Assembly: GCA_046538485.1 (NCBI GenBank)
Contig: JBKHIT010000002.1
Span: 32,001 to 96,000, forward strand
Source: Candidatus Brocadiia bacterium
GTDB taxonomy: Bacteria > Planctomycetota > Brocadiia > SM23-32
DNA: 64,000 bases
Reading direction: 5' to 3'
The position numbers and the translations under genes were made by a program. This document shows positions 9,065-18,895 of this stretch, one piece after another. The stretch's first letter is position 1; each line of letters opens with the position of its first letter. Under the pieces are notes generated by a model. The model was given only the letters and a program-made list of their open reading frames with translations. It was not told where the DNA came from and made no database searches.

Positions 9065-11317
9065 TCAAACAGTCTCTTCCGTTTCGGATGCGCCATGCTT
9101 TAAGACCACATTGCCGATGTAACTTGTTGCCAGAGCCAACAAGAGTGCGGCGAGCAGGAAGTAATCCCACAGCGGAAGTCCTTCCCTGGCACGTCGCACG
9201 ATTTGGCCCAATTTTTCTGGATCTTCAACAATCGTAAAATCTTCAAGGTCAATTCGCTTTTGCACTTCAGATACAGGAATCCGGCTTAAGTTGCTTTCTT
9301 TAACCGGCACATTGACAGCGAAAAGTTCCCGGCGAAGGGCTTTACCTACGGCGACTTCTGCTCGATAAATGCCCGGTCGGTTGGTCTGCTTAAAAATCGC
9401 ACTGTGTCCTGCGCGGCCCAATTCGCTCTTGACCGTAATTGGTTCAGGTGTGTGCCCCTCGCGTTTTTGCTCTTCGGTGGGGGGTGGGTAGAAACTCACT
9501 TTTGTTGTTTCTTCTACCTCCGGTATCGGAAGCCGGTATGCCATCCCTACCGGTGTACTGCTTCGCTGAGAACTGGTACGGGCGAGATAATAGATAGTCT
9601 GGTGAAGCAAGGGCAAAAAGAAAGGTTTCAGCGGGATATTGCTCCAGCCCGGAGTACAGGAAATCGTGAACAAAATGACGGAGCCGGAACCAAATTTCCG
9701 TTCTACCATCAGGGGACCGGCGTTCAAAGTGATGAGTTCTGTCCCGGTGGTGCCATGGTCAGGACTTTCCTGCAGGGCGAAGAAACGCTTAATCTGAGCC
9801 CGGTTGAGTTTAATGTCGCGGATAATATCCCGAAGAATCGGATGGCGAGCATTCTGGTTCCATACACTGAAGTAAGCATCTTCCCCTTTTGGTGTCCGCA
9901 CCTGACCCAGATTGGCAGGCAGCAGTTCGAAACTGCGGGCAACGTCTTTTTTTTCTTTAACATCTGGATTTTCCCCGCCTTTATGTGCAACGACCTCAAC
10001 GGTTTCTTCGGCCGCTTTGCCGATAGCCATGTTGTAGGAAGCGGGCTCAACATTATGGCCCAGGAAAATCAATAGGCCTCCACCGTTACGGACATAATTT
10101 GTGAGGCTTTGGGCCATCTGAGGGGTTATGGTGCTGACGTTTGCCAGAACGACAGTCGCGTAATTGCTGAGCCTTTCTGACTGGAGCTCCCGGTCCGTAA
10201 TTACCCGCGGTTCAATTGGGGAGAGTGAAGCATTATTTTTGCTCATGCCCCCGAGCGCAAGACTCAGGTAGAAAGAACCATCCTGATGTGGAATTACGGA
10301 GGGATCGCCGTTGACTATAAGAAGCGGTACTTTGTCGCTGACTTCAACCGTGAAGTAACGCCTGTTATCGGCCGGGAGATCGTCAGGGTCGAGTTCAACG
10401 AATCCGGTGTAGAATCCTTTGCGTTCGAAGGTATGTTCCACGGTGATGTTTTTTGTCTGGCCTGCGTTTGTGCCGACCTCTGTTTCGTGTATTTTATCGT
10501 CATCGATATGCAATGATAAACCTTGAATAATACCCTGGCTCCCGGTATTTTTCACCGTTGCGAAGAGGTTAGAAACGCTGCCTTCAACATTCATTCTTGT
10601 CCCGAAATCAGCCCTCGTAACGGTGAGATTCGTTGGGACAACAACACCGACGTCGACCAGGAAAAGCGGCATGTCTTTAAACTTCTTGTCATCCAAAACG
10701 CGCCTTGTCTGCTGGGTGATACCCTCATCCCAGGCGAGTTTTTGCATGTCTGTTACGATATAGATCTCTTTGCGTCGCGTCTCGCTTTCTTTGAGACCGT
10801 CGAGGGTTCGTTTCAGAGCGGAGCTCAGTGTAGCCTGTGCATAGCCGCATTTCATGCTTTTGAGGCGGGCAAGTTCTTTACCGGGTGCGGTCGGTTTACG
10901 CCGGAGATCTTCGTCACGTGCAGCGAAAGGAACCACCAGGGCTTTATCGCGTCCTGTCAAACCTTTCAGAACAACTTGAGCGGCTTTTTTGCCCCGGGTG
11001 TAGGCGTTTGTTCCTTCGTGAACTGCTCGCATAGAACAAGTGTCGTCCAGTACTATACCAGCAGTTGTAGGCACTTTGCCGCCCTGGGAAAAACCGCTCT
11101 GGAGCATAGGACGATGGAGGGCACCGATGACGGCGGCAAGAAGTAAAATCCTCAGCAACAGCAGGAGAAATTCTTTGAGCCGGTAACGACGATGCACACG
11201 TTGGTCAATTTGCTTCAGGAAATACAGAGTACTGAAAGGCAACGGCTCTGCTTTCCGCTGGTACACCAGATGTATGATTACGGGAATCGCAAGGGATGCC
11301 CACAAAGCGTGTATCAC
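9065..11317 (-). CDS. BatA-domain / vWA / Ig-like membrane protein
   Basis: BatA N-terminus (IPVIIHL...FSTLYFL...LLLLLR...RP), MIDAS variant VLDDTCSM and IVTDMQ, DDLPADN, GATase-like segment, C-terminal TM. GTG start overlaps the DUF58 stop. Confidence 0.85.
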   Translation of the reverse strand: MIHALWASLAIPVIIHLVYQRKAEPLPFSTLYFLKQIDQRVHRRYRLKEFLLLLLRILLLAAVIGALHRPMLQSGFSQGGKVPTTAGIVLDDTCSMRAVHEGTNAYTRGKKAAQVVLKGLTGRDKALVVPFAARDEDLRRKPTAPGKELARLKSMKCGYAQATLSSALKRTLDGLKESETRRKEIYIVTDMQKLAWDEGITQQTRRVLDDKKFKDMPLFLVDVGVVVPTNLTVTRADFGTRMNVEGSVSNLFATVKNTGSQGIIQGLSLHIDDDKIHETEVGTNAGQTKNITVEHTFERKGFYTGFVELDPDDLPADNRRYFTVEVSDKVPLLIVNGDPSVIPHQDGSFYLSLALGGMSKNNASLSPIEPRVITDRELQSERLSNYATVVLANVSTITPQMAQSLTNYVRNGGGLLIFLGHNVEPASYNMAIGKAAEETVEVVAHKGGENPDVKEKKDVARSFELLPANLGQVRTPKGEDAYFSVWNQNARHPILRDIIRDIKLNRAQIKRFFALQESPDHGTTGTELITLNAGPLMVERKFGSGSVILFTISCTPGWSNIPLKPFFLPLLHQTIYYLARTSSQRSSTPVGMAYRLPIPEVEETTKVSFYPPPTEEQKREGHTPEPITVKSELGRAGHSAIFKQTNRPGIYRAEVAVGKALRRELFAVNVPVKESNLSRIPVSEVQKRIDLEDFTIVEDPEKLGQIVRRAREGLPLWDYFLLAALLLALATSYIGNVVLKHGASETEETV

Positions 11318-12210
11318 AGCTTTTCTCGCTTCACGATGTATTCTTTCAACATATATTCAAAGGGTACTGACGTATTGACCAGCTGGTAATTGACACCGGA
11401 TGCGCGACAATCGCCCCTGTATTTTTCGAGAAATTCATTGAACGCCTCGAGGTACTCGTCCTGCACGACCTCGGGCCGGACCTGCATTCGCTCATCGGTC
11501 TCCAGATCTCGAAACTCTTTCATGCCCCGGAACGGAAAATCGATTTCCGTTTCGTCGAATATATTAAAAACAATCACTTCATGGCGATCGTGGCGAAAGT
11601 GCTGCAGTGCATTCATCACAGCATCCTGGTTATCGATCAGATCACTGAGCACGATTATCAGCCCCCGCTGACTCATATTTGTGGCAATTGCATGGAGGGC
11701 ACCTGCGACCCCTGTTTCTCCTGAGGGTTTCATTTCCTCAAGTCGGTCAAGCAAGAATTTCATATGCGCTGGGCTACTTCTGGCGGGATATCGTTCCCGG
11801 ATGTTCTCTGCGAAGCAGACAAGGCCAACCTGGTCGCGCTGTTGGACCATCAAATAAGTCAGGGCGGCGGCAAGGTAACATGCGTAGTCGAATTTGCTTA
11901 TTCCGTCGCCCTCATAGGCCATGGAGCCGCTGGTATCAACCAGCAGCGTGCAGCGCATATTTGTTTCTTCTTCATATTCTTTGACATACTTCTTGTCGCT
12001 ACGAGCGTAGACCTTCCAGTCAAAATGCTTCAAATCATCACCGGGCATGTATTCACGATAGGCAGCGAATTCGGTGCTGAAACCTTTGAAAGGGCTTTTG
12101 TGAAGGCCGGAAATGTACCCCTCGACGACGGTGCGGGCCAGGAGCTGGAGATTGCCGAGAGTGCTGAGCTTCTCGGGAACGAAATATTTGTTTTTGGGGC
12201 CTCTTCGCAT
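11314..12210 (-). CDS. DUF58 domain protein (vWA-like MoxR partner)
   Basis: GLHKSPFKGFSTEFAAYREYMPGDDLKHFDWKVYARSD, EEETN, LVDTSGSM. Confidence 0.95.
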   Translation of the reverse strand: MRRGPKNKYFVPEKLSTLGNLQLLARTVVEGYISGLHKSPFKGFSTEFAAYREYMPGDDLKHFDWKVYARSDKKYVKEYEEETNMRCTLLVDTSGSMAYEGDGISKFDYACYLAAALTYLMVQQRDQVGLVCFAENIRERYPARSSPAHMKFLLDRLEEMKPSGETGVAGALHAIATNMSQRGLIIVLSDLIDNQDAVMNALQHFRHDRHEVIVFNIFDETEIDFPFRGMKEFRDLETDERMQVRPEVVQDEYLEAFNEFLEKYRGDCRASGVNYQLVNTSVPFEYMLKEYIVKREKL

Positions 12211-12313
12211 GCTACCTCGGTGGCATTCTCGGAAGCAGATCTATGCGCCAGGAACCGGTGCAGGGATCATTATCTTCAGAACTTTTGAATACAGATGAAA
12301 ACAGTGCTGGAAC

Positions 12314-13738
12314 TCAGGATTCCTGTTTTGCCTGTATCTTATCCTTTTTTCGGGCTGCTTTTTTCTTTGATGTGCGAGCCGCATTTCGTCGGCTACCGGA
12401 ACCCTCTTTTTTGCCCTGAGCCCTGCGCGCGTAGGCCTCCTCGTCGGGTTCGGGAATATTTTCAAGCAATTTATCAATGACGTCTTCGACAGTTACATCT
12501 TCGCTGTCGGCGGCAAAATTGGTCATTATCCTGTGGCGCATAATCGGGTGTGCTATGGCTCGTACGTCAGCGCAAGAGACGTTGAAACGTCCTCCGATGA
12601 CAGCATGGGCTTTTGCCCCCAGGATGAGGTATTGAGCCGCTCGGGGCCCGGCACCCCATTCGATCCAATCTTTAATGAATTGAGGGGCATCTTCTGAAGC
12701 CGGACGAGTTGCGCGGACAAGATCGGCGACATATTCCAGAATATGGTCGCTGACAGGAACGCGGCGGACAATGTCCTGAACTTTGAGTATTTCAGAACCT
12801 TCCATGACCTGGCTGGCTTCTGGCATTTCCTGAACTGTGGTGCGGCGCATTATCTCAATTTCTTCGTTTCTTTTGGGGTAGTCCACCATGATCATGAACA
12901 TGAAGCGGTCCAGCTGCGCTTCGGGCAGGGGGTAAGTTCCCTCTTGTTCTATCGGGTTTTGAGTGGCCAGCACGAAGAAGGGTTTTTGTATGTCGTATGT
13001 TTGTCCGGCGGCTGTAACTCTATATTCCTGCATACATTCCAATAAGGCAGCCTGGGTTTTCGGCGGGGTCCGGTTGATTTCGTCGGCGAGTAGAATGTTG
13101 GTGAAGATCGGGCCCGGTTGGAATTTGAATCGCCGCTCCTGAGTTTCAGGGTCAATTTCAAGAATTTCGGTCCCCGTGATATCGCTGGGCATCAGATCAG
13201 GGGTAAATTGAATACGTTTGAAATTCAAATCCATGGTGTCGGCAATGGTACGCACCAGAAGGGTTTTTGCAAGACCCGGCACGCCGACCATTAAGACGTG
13301 CGCGCGGCAGAACATCGCTATGAGAAGTTCTTCTATGACCTGAGATTGCCCCACGATCACTTTTTGAATTTCCTTCACAAGTGTCTGCCGGACAGCCCCC
13401 AGTTTTTCAACAAGTTCGGCATCCTTTTCGCTGCGGTACGGCTTTTTTCTCTTCTCACGAGCGCCGCGCTCTCCCGCTTCTTGTTTGGAGGACTTTTCGC
13501 CGGTTTTTGCCTGGCTGTCTTGGGCTGGACCTTGCTTTTGCGAGGCAGATTTTGGTTGTGCTTTGGGTTGAGGGGACTGGGATTTCTTCCCAGTTTTAGC
13601 TACCTGCGGGGATTGCCCCTCATCTTCATCTTTTTCTTCTTCCTCTGGCTCCTGTGATTTTCTTTGAACTCTTTGTGCTTTTTGTTGCACAGGTTGAGCG
13701 TGTTGCTTTGCCTGTTTTTCGGTTTCATCATTACCCAC
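12314..13738 (-). CDS. moxR: MoxR-family AAA+ ATPase with disordered N- and C-terminal extensions
   Basis: Walker A GVPGLAKT, RIQFTPDLMPSDITG, Walker B LLADEINR, ATQNPIEQEGTYPLPEAQLDRF, WGAGPRA. Start set at GTG 13738 (GGAGG 10 nt upstream); the ORF is open from 13810. Confidence 0.95.
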   Translation of the reverse strand: MGNDETEKQAKQHAQPVQQKAQRVQRKSQEPEEEEKDEDEGQSPQVAKTGKKSQSPQPKAQPKSASQKQGPAQDSQAKTGEKSSKQEAGERGAREKRKKPYRSEKDAELVEKLGAVRQTLVKEIQKVIVGQSQVIEELLIAMFCRAHVLMVGVPGLAKTLLVRTIADTMDLNFKRIQFTPDLMPSDITGTEILEIDPETQERRFKFQPGPIFTNILLADEINRTPPKTQAALLECMQEYRVTAAGQTYDIQKPFFVLATQNPIEQEGTYPLPEAQLDRFMFMIMVDYPKRNEEIEIMRRTTVQEMPEASQVMEGSEILKVQDIVRRVPVSDHILEYVADLVRATRPASEDAPQFIKDWIEWGAGPRAAQYLILGAKAHAVIGGRFNVSCADVRAIAHPIMRHRIMTNFAADSEDVTVEDVIDKLLENIPEPDEEAYARRAQGKKEGSGSRRNAARTSKKKAARKKDKIQAKQES

Positions 13739-13844
13739 GAGCGGAAAACCTCCAGCAATAAACGGTTTTAAAGGGATCGGGAAACGGGGGCACCATTTCC
13801 CTTTGTTCACATATAATTAATTGTGAGGCAGCCCAACGAATCAA

Positions 13845-15362
13845 TCAGTGCGTCATAGAATATACAACGACATTGCCCCCCAGATTAAGTGCATCTTTGG
13901 TGGCGATATCCCGGGCAAACGGATGATCAAAACCGCGCCATCCACCGCCTATCCCGTACGGACAATACATAACGGGCGTGCTGGCGCCGATTTGGATGCC
14001 TTCCAGGGGGAGTGCCGGACCTATGTCGCCGGTATTACGAACATATTCATTGTACTGAATCGCATCAACCTCATGAAGAATACTGTAAACCGGGTGACTT
14101 TCACTGAGGCTTTTCAGTTTGTTTCCGGGCAGCACTTTTTTGATTTCGCGGCGGAAAGCTTTGTCGAACTCAGGGGATCCACAGCAAGGACTTGCCAGAA
14201 TGAATCCACCGTTGCGGATATAGCGTTTTAGCGACGCTACCTCAGTTTCGCTCAAAACAAAATCATGGTGTCCTGACATGTACACGAAAGGATAGTTTTG
14301 CAGTTCATTTTTGGCCAGTTCGACCCCTTTATGGTCAAATTTAACCGTCGCACTGCTGTCCTTAGCAACGGTTTTCAGCAGGTTTGCAATGGCGTTGTGT
14401 TGTGTGTTCCAGTTTTCATCGAGTTTTGCCTGGGCAAATACGAAATCACCGCGACTTCTTTTTTGTGTTTCGAAGAACTGTTTTTGGACGGCCTGATACT
14501 GGCCGACCCGGTGAGTTCCAAGCGCGTATGCGACCATATTGATACCGAGCTTTCTGGCATCAGTAGGGTGAACGGCCATCGAGCCTTCTCGAATATGGCC
14601 GTCCCAGCCGCAGCTCAGGTCGTAGCGTGAAAGGATAATCGCAGTGCGGCAGCCAACGTCGACACCGTAAAAAACGGGTTCAGGTGCTTCCGGCACGTCG
14701 TCGCGTGTGTATTTGACTTGCTGCATTTCGTAGAAAGAGTTGAAAAGGGGATGAGAAAGCTTGAGGCGACGGAAATGACGGTTCATCACCTTTTCCATGT
14801 TTTGCACGAAGGATCCGAAAAATTCGGGATCCCCAAAACAGCAGTCGGCCCAGATGATACCGCCGCTCCGGACAAATTCACGAAGATGTTTGATTTGGGC
14901 TTCGTTGAGGCGGAAAGGATCACTGCCGGTGAAATAGAATACAGGGTACTGTGCGGCGTCGGGCGCGAAGCTGGACAGCGGCCCGCGTTTGTAGGCGTAA
15001 CGGACGTTCAGTTGTTTGTGCACTTTGTTGAGCAAAACCGGAACATCACCGGGATCTTTGTTCCAGTCATGGTATTTAACTACCTTGCCGCTGTGCTTGA
15101 CTTCTTTAACGGACCCGAACTGGATTTTGGCGACCAGTGGGGGCGGGGAAGGTTGGCGTTTCCTTTCCGTCCGCCTTTGAGGTGTTGCGGGGAGAGGCAA
15201 AGGCGGTATACCTTCTCCACTTTTTCGCCTTTGCTGATTTGCCGGTTCCGCCGAACCACATGGTCCTTTCGGAATGCCCCGACCTCCGCCTGCCGCTCCG
15301 AGAGCAAAAAGTGGAGCAAAAATAATAACAGCCAAACTCAACATGACTCCGATTTTTTCCAT
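13845..15362 (-). CDS. Secreted protein with tandem DUF4159 domains
   Basis: Signal peptide after MEKIGV. Two repeats of YPxxYxxG...F.L...LRxxxxxGG....CCG...F...HP, with DLSCGWDGH and GGGWRG motifs. Confidence 0.85.
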   Translation of the reverse strand: MEKIGVMLSLAVIIFAPLFALGAAGGGRGIPKGPCGSAEPANQQRRKSGEGIPPLPLPATPQRRTERKRQPSPPPLVAKIQFGSVKEVKHSGKVVKYHDWNKDPGDVPVLLNKVHKQLNVRYAYKRGPLSSFAPDAAQYPVFYFTGSDPFRLNEAQIKHLREFVRSGGIIWADCCFGDPEFFGSFVQNMEKVMNRHFRRLKLSHPLFNSFYEMQQVKYTRDDVPEAPEPVFYGVDVGCRTAIILSRYDLSCGWDGHIREGSMAVHPTDARKLGINMVAYALGTHRVGQYQAVQKQFFETQKRSRGDFVFAQAKLDENWNTQHNAIANLLKTVAKDSSATVKFDHKGVELAKNELQNYPFVYMSGHHDFVLSETEVASLKRYIRNGGFILASPCCGSPEFDKAFRREIKKVLPGNKLKSLSESHPVYSILHEVDAIQYNEYVRNTGDIGPALPLEGIQIGASTPVMYCPYGIGGGWRGFDHPFARDIATKDALNLGGNVVVYSMTH

Positions 15363-15431
15363 CGTTCTTTTCCCATATGCCAATTGAAAATCCCCTGAAA
15401 GATCGCAAAAAGAATATCCTGCTAATTTATT

Positions 15432-15449
15432 ACGCATAAATCATGCCAA
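15432..15449 (-). promoter_or_regulatory. Candidate sigma54 (-24/-12) promoter for MoxR cluster 1
   Basis: Minus strand TTGGCATGATTTATGCGT has exact GG-N10-GC spacing and is close to TGGCACG-N4-TTGC; about 70 nt upstream of the DUF4159 ATG. Confidence 0.5.
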
Positions 15450-15461
15450 ATGTCCAATACT

Positions 15462-15490
15462 ATAATATCATCTCAAAACCAGCCGGTCAA
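15462..15490 (-). promoter_or_regulatory. Candidate sigma70-type promoter (TTGACC-N17-TATTAT, TGn extension)
   Basis: Read directly from the minus strand upstream of cluster 1. Confidence 0.5.
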
Positions 15491-15741
15491 CTTTTTTCTT
15501 TTTTTTCTTCCGGGTTAATATTCGCATGTTAAGCCCCTTTTCCGGCCGAATTTCCCCCGCGAATGTCGATTATCCCCCCGGGCTTAGTTTTTTCCCGGTT
15601 GATAAACTACTTCTTGCACAGTTCGTCCTGTGCCGGGCCGAGCGGTAATGGGCGCAAAGGTGTTGGAAAATGCAACACCCGGATGCGTTGTGGAGGTTTT
15701 TCCTACATTTGCTGGGGGCTCTGCTTTTCAGAGCAACGGGC

Positions 15742-16182
15742 TCACTTTGAGCGTTGGCGTTCGGCAATACGCGCGATTTCAGCAGCGGAATAGAGCTGAC
15801 CCTTCCCAATGCCCGGGCAACGCTTTTTAAGTCGGTCCCAACTTTTTTGGCTGTGAATTACATGTGGCCAGAACGGGAAAGTCTGGCACTGGACAGGTCT
15901 GACAGAGTAGATGTTGCAGCCTTCGGGTGAATAGAAAACACAGTCGCCGTTGTCATATTCGATAAGACTTATGCGGGAACCGACCTTTCTGCAGTAATTT
16001 TTGAGGAAGTTTTTTTCTGATATTTTCAGCAAACGCGAGATTCGTTTTATTTCTTTTCTGTCGACCCATACAAAACCCGGTTCGCCACGACAACACCGGC
16101 CACATTGCTGGCAGGTGAAGCGCAGCCCTTCGCTGTACCAGGGCGAATTTTCTTGGACGTTTTCGGGGCAGGGGGGTTTCAT
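15742..16182 (-). CDS. YkgJ-family cysteine-cluster protein (CxxCxxCC)
   Basis: GLRFTCQQCGRCC, DCVFY...CNIYSVRPVQCQTFPFW, CPGIG. Confidence 0.9.
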   Translation of the reverse strand: MKPPCPENVQENSPWYSEGLRFTCQQCGRCCRGEPGFVWVDRKEIKRISRLLKISEKNFLKNYCRKVGSRISLIEYDNGDCVFYSPEGCNIYSVRPVQCQTFPFWPHVIHSQKSWDRLKKRCPGIGKGQLYSAAEIARIAERQRSK

Positions 16183-16249
16183 GTTTAGGGGCGGGGTTCT
16201 GGAACTCAAGGAAAACGCAGTGCAGGCGTACAAATTATCACGGGGTTAT

Positions 16250-18292
16250 TTATGCGGGACTTCCGGCGGGTGCGGGGAGGTCGCCTGAGGCGGTTCCTTC
16301 TTCACCTTCTTCTTCCTGACCTTTTTGTTCCTCGCCTTTGGGGCCTGTGTCTTCTGCATTTGCAGATTCCTCCTTGGTTTGTTTTTCGGCGGCAAGCTCC
16401 TCGGCGGTTTTGCCTTCGACAACGGCTTCAACTTCGTCACTGTTCAGCGTTTCGAGCTTAAGCAGAGCTTCGGCCAGTTGTTCCAGTTCGTCGGAATATT
16501 CTTCGCACATTTTTGTCGCTTCGGAATACGCGTCCGTGAGTATACCGTGAATCTCTTCGTCTATTTCTTCCGCGATATGCTCACCATGTTTTCGAGAGCG
16601 GGTGATTTCACTCCCGAGGAACACGTGTTCTTCGTCGTCGGAGTACGAAACCGGTCCAAGTTTTTCACTCATTCCCCACTGGGTAACCATTTTTCGCGCG
16701 AGTTTCGTGGCTTTATCGATGTCGTCTTTGGCTCCAGAAGATATATCGTTACAGAACATGGATTCGGCAACGCGGCCGGCAAGGTTCATCACCAGTGTCC
16801 CTATACATTCGCGTTTTCGCATTCCGTATTTATCTTTTTCCGGCAAAATCATGGTCATCCCGAGTGAAAGCCCGCGCGGTATGATCGTGACTTTATGCAA
16901 CGGTTCGACATCGGGGTGGAGAGATGCGACGAGAGTATGTCCCGCTTCGTGATAAGCCGTCATTTTGCGGTCCTCTTCGCACATGACACGGCTCTTCTTC
17001 TGACGCCCAAAACGCACCTTATCCCGGGCTTCTTCCAGCTCGCTGAGGGTGACAGACTTTTTATGTCGGCTGGCCGCAAGTATAGCAGATTCGTTGACCA
17101 GGGCTTCGAGATCGGCACCACTAAATCCGGGGGTTCCGCGAGCGATAACGTCCAAATCCAAGTTGTCAGCCACTTTGATATCGCGAAGATGTATTTCAAG
17201 TATTTCCTCGCGTCCTTTCAGATCCGGGAGGTCGACAACGATTTGCCTGTCGAAACGGCCCGGGCGGAGGAGTGCGGGGTCGAGCACATCGGGTCGGTTG
17301 GTTGCGGCCATAACTATGATACCGTCTTCGCGTTCGAACCCGTCCATTTCGCTCAGGATTGCGTTGAGAGTTTGTTCCCTTTCGTCATGGCCTCCGCCGA
17401 GTCCGGTTCCTCTTTTTCTGCCAACGGCGTCAATTTCATCGAGAAAAATAATGCATGGTTGCTGTTCTCGAGCATGTTTGAAGAGGTTTCTCACGCGGGA
17501 AGCACCGACACCGACGAAGAGTTCGACAAAATCGGATCCGCAAAGACTGAAGAACGGGACTTTTGCCTCACCGGCGACCGCCTTGGCCATAAGTGTTTTT
17601 CCGGTTCCTGGATGGCCTACAAGCAGCAACCCGCGCGGTACACGCCCACCGACGGTGCGGAAACGTTCGGGGCTTTTCAGAAATTGTATGGTTTCTTTCA
17701 GCTCGACTTTCGCCTCTTCAACACCTGCAACGTCGTCGAAAGAAACGTCCGGTCTTTCTTTATGGGCAAGACTTGCGTCGTTTTTCAGGAAAGGAAACCC
17801 GCCATCGCGAGAGTTTACCATCCTCATTTGTCGGTTGAAAAAGTAGAACATTATGCCAACAAGAAGCAGAAGGGGCAGGACGTTAATAAGAATGGCCGAC
17901 CACATGCCATCGTTTACTTCGTGGTCAACGCTCGGCACAAGTTCATTCCACTTATTCAGCGTCTCACTATCCATGTAAGAGGATGGGACAGTGGCCTTAA
18001 TCTTGGAATAGGACGGGGCTGCGTCGCTTTTGAGGGTTGCGGTGACCTGTTCCCCTTTAGCTATGAGTGATTTAACGTCTTTTTGTTCGATGTGCTTTAT
18101 AAGGACACTGAAACTTACATTTTTAGCCCCTCCGTCACCGTTTTGTTTGATCAGCATGAGAGCAAACAGCACACCGGCAATCACTAGAATCCATAGAAAA
18201 AGTTGCCGCCCAAGATGCGTACGCGGCGGCTCACCATGATCCTGATCATCGGGCTCACGGGGGGTCGAATTTTGGTTATTATCGTTGCTCAT
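16250..18292 (-). CDS. ftsH: ATP-dependent zinc metalloprotease FtsH
   Basis: Two TMs, [43 protein letters not shown], Zn motif HEAGH. Confidence 0.98.
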   Translation of the reverse strand: MSNDNNQNSTPREPDDQDHGEPPRTHLGRQLFLWILVIAGVLFALMLIKQNGDGGAKNVSFSVLIKHIEQKDVKSLIAKGEQVTATLKSDAAPSYSKIKATVPSSYMDSETLNKWNELVPSVDHEVNDGMWSAILINVLPLLLLVGIMFYFFNRQMRMVNSRDGGFPFLKNDASLAHKERPDVSFDDVAGVEEAKVELKETIQFLKSPERFRTVGGRVPRGLLLVGHPGTGKTLMAKAVAGEAKVPFFSLCGSDFVELFVGVGASRVRNLFKHAREQQPCIIFLDEIDAVGRKRGTGLGGGHDEREQTLNAILSEMDGFEREDGIIVMAATNRPDVLDPALLRPGRFDRQIVVDLPDLKGREEILEIHLRDIKVADNLDLDVIARGTPGFSGADLEALVNESAILAASRHKKSVTLSELEEARDKVRFGRQKKSRVMCEEDRKMTAYHEAGHTLVASLHPDVEPLHKVTIIPRGLSLGMTMILPEKDKYGMRKRECIGTLVMNLAGRVAESMFCNDISSGAKDDIDKATKLARKMVTQWGMSEKLGPVSYSDDEEHVFLGSEITRSRKHGEHIAEEIDEEIHGILTDAYSEATKMCEEYSDELEQLAEALLKLETLNSDEVEAVVEGKTAEELAAEKQTKEESANAEDTGPKGEEQKGQEEEGEEGTASGDLPAPAGSPA

Positions 18293-18382
18293 GTTGTACT
18301 TTCTTTTTTACGAAGACAGTTAGACAGGCTGATAGAAGGGAGGAGCCTGAGCAGCATAACAGACGAACCCCATACGTATATT

Positions 18383-18895
18383 TTACCATCGTTCCTCGAG
18401 TTTTTCCACGATGGTCTGCGCTGCCTCCCGGAAAATTAGCTCTTCAAGAGTCTCGGAACGGGCTGGTGCAAAAGTTTTCGATTCGGAAATAGTGAAAGGC
18501 CCTATCAGCGTTCTCCCCGTCAAATTGTCCACCCACCGGAACCGGACTTTTACGCTGGCCTGCTTGAGAATCGTTTCGTCGCGAATCGATTTGATTTTTA
18601 TCCTCTGATCGTACGCTTTCAATTGTCCATAGAGCACGCTATCCGCTTCGGCTCGGTTTTTTACGTTCAACCTGGTATGGAGCTTGATTTCATTGGTGAC
18701 TGCCCGTGTCAGTTCGACTTCCAGGCCGCGTCGCCGCGTCTCGTTGGCAAAAGTTGGGATATGCACCGTGCGTATGTCATCGCGGATCAAAGCTGCCGAG
18801 GAATAGCCGCAGCCCACGTTCAGAATGCAAAATCCCAGCAGGACGAATCCCAGCAGAGGTTTGATCGGTAGTCTTTGAAAAGTCAAATTTATCAT
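18383..18895 (-). CDS. lptE: LPS-assembly lipoprotein, LptE-like
   Basis: Lipobox VGC followed by GYS, IRTVHIPTFANET, LEVELTRAV, ADSVLYG. ATG overlaps the bamD stop (ATGA) and has a GGAGG SD. Confidence 0.75.
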   Translation of the reverse strand: MINLTFQRLPIKPLLGFVLLGFCILNVGCGYSSAALIRDDIRTVHIPTFANETRRRGLEVELTRAVTNEIKLHTRLNVKNRAEADSVLYGQLKAYDQRIKIKSIRDETILKQASVKVRFRWVDNLTGRTLIGPFTISESKTFAPARSETLEELIFREAAQTIVEKLEERW

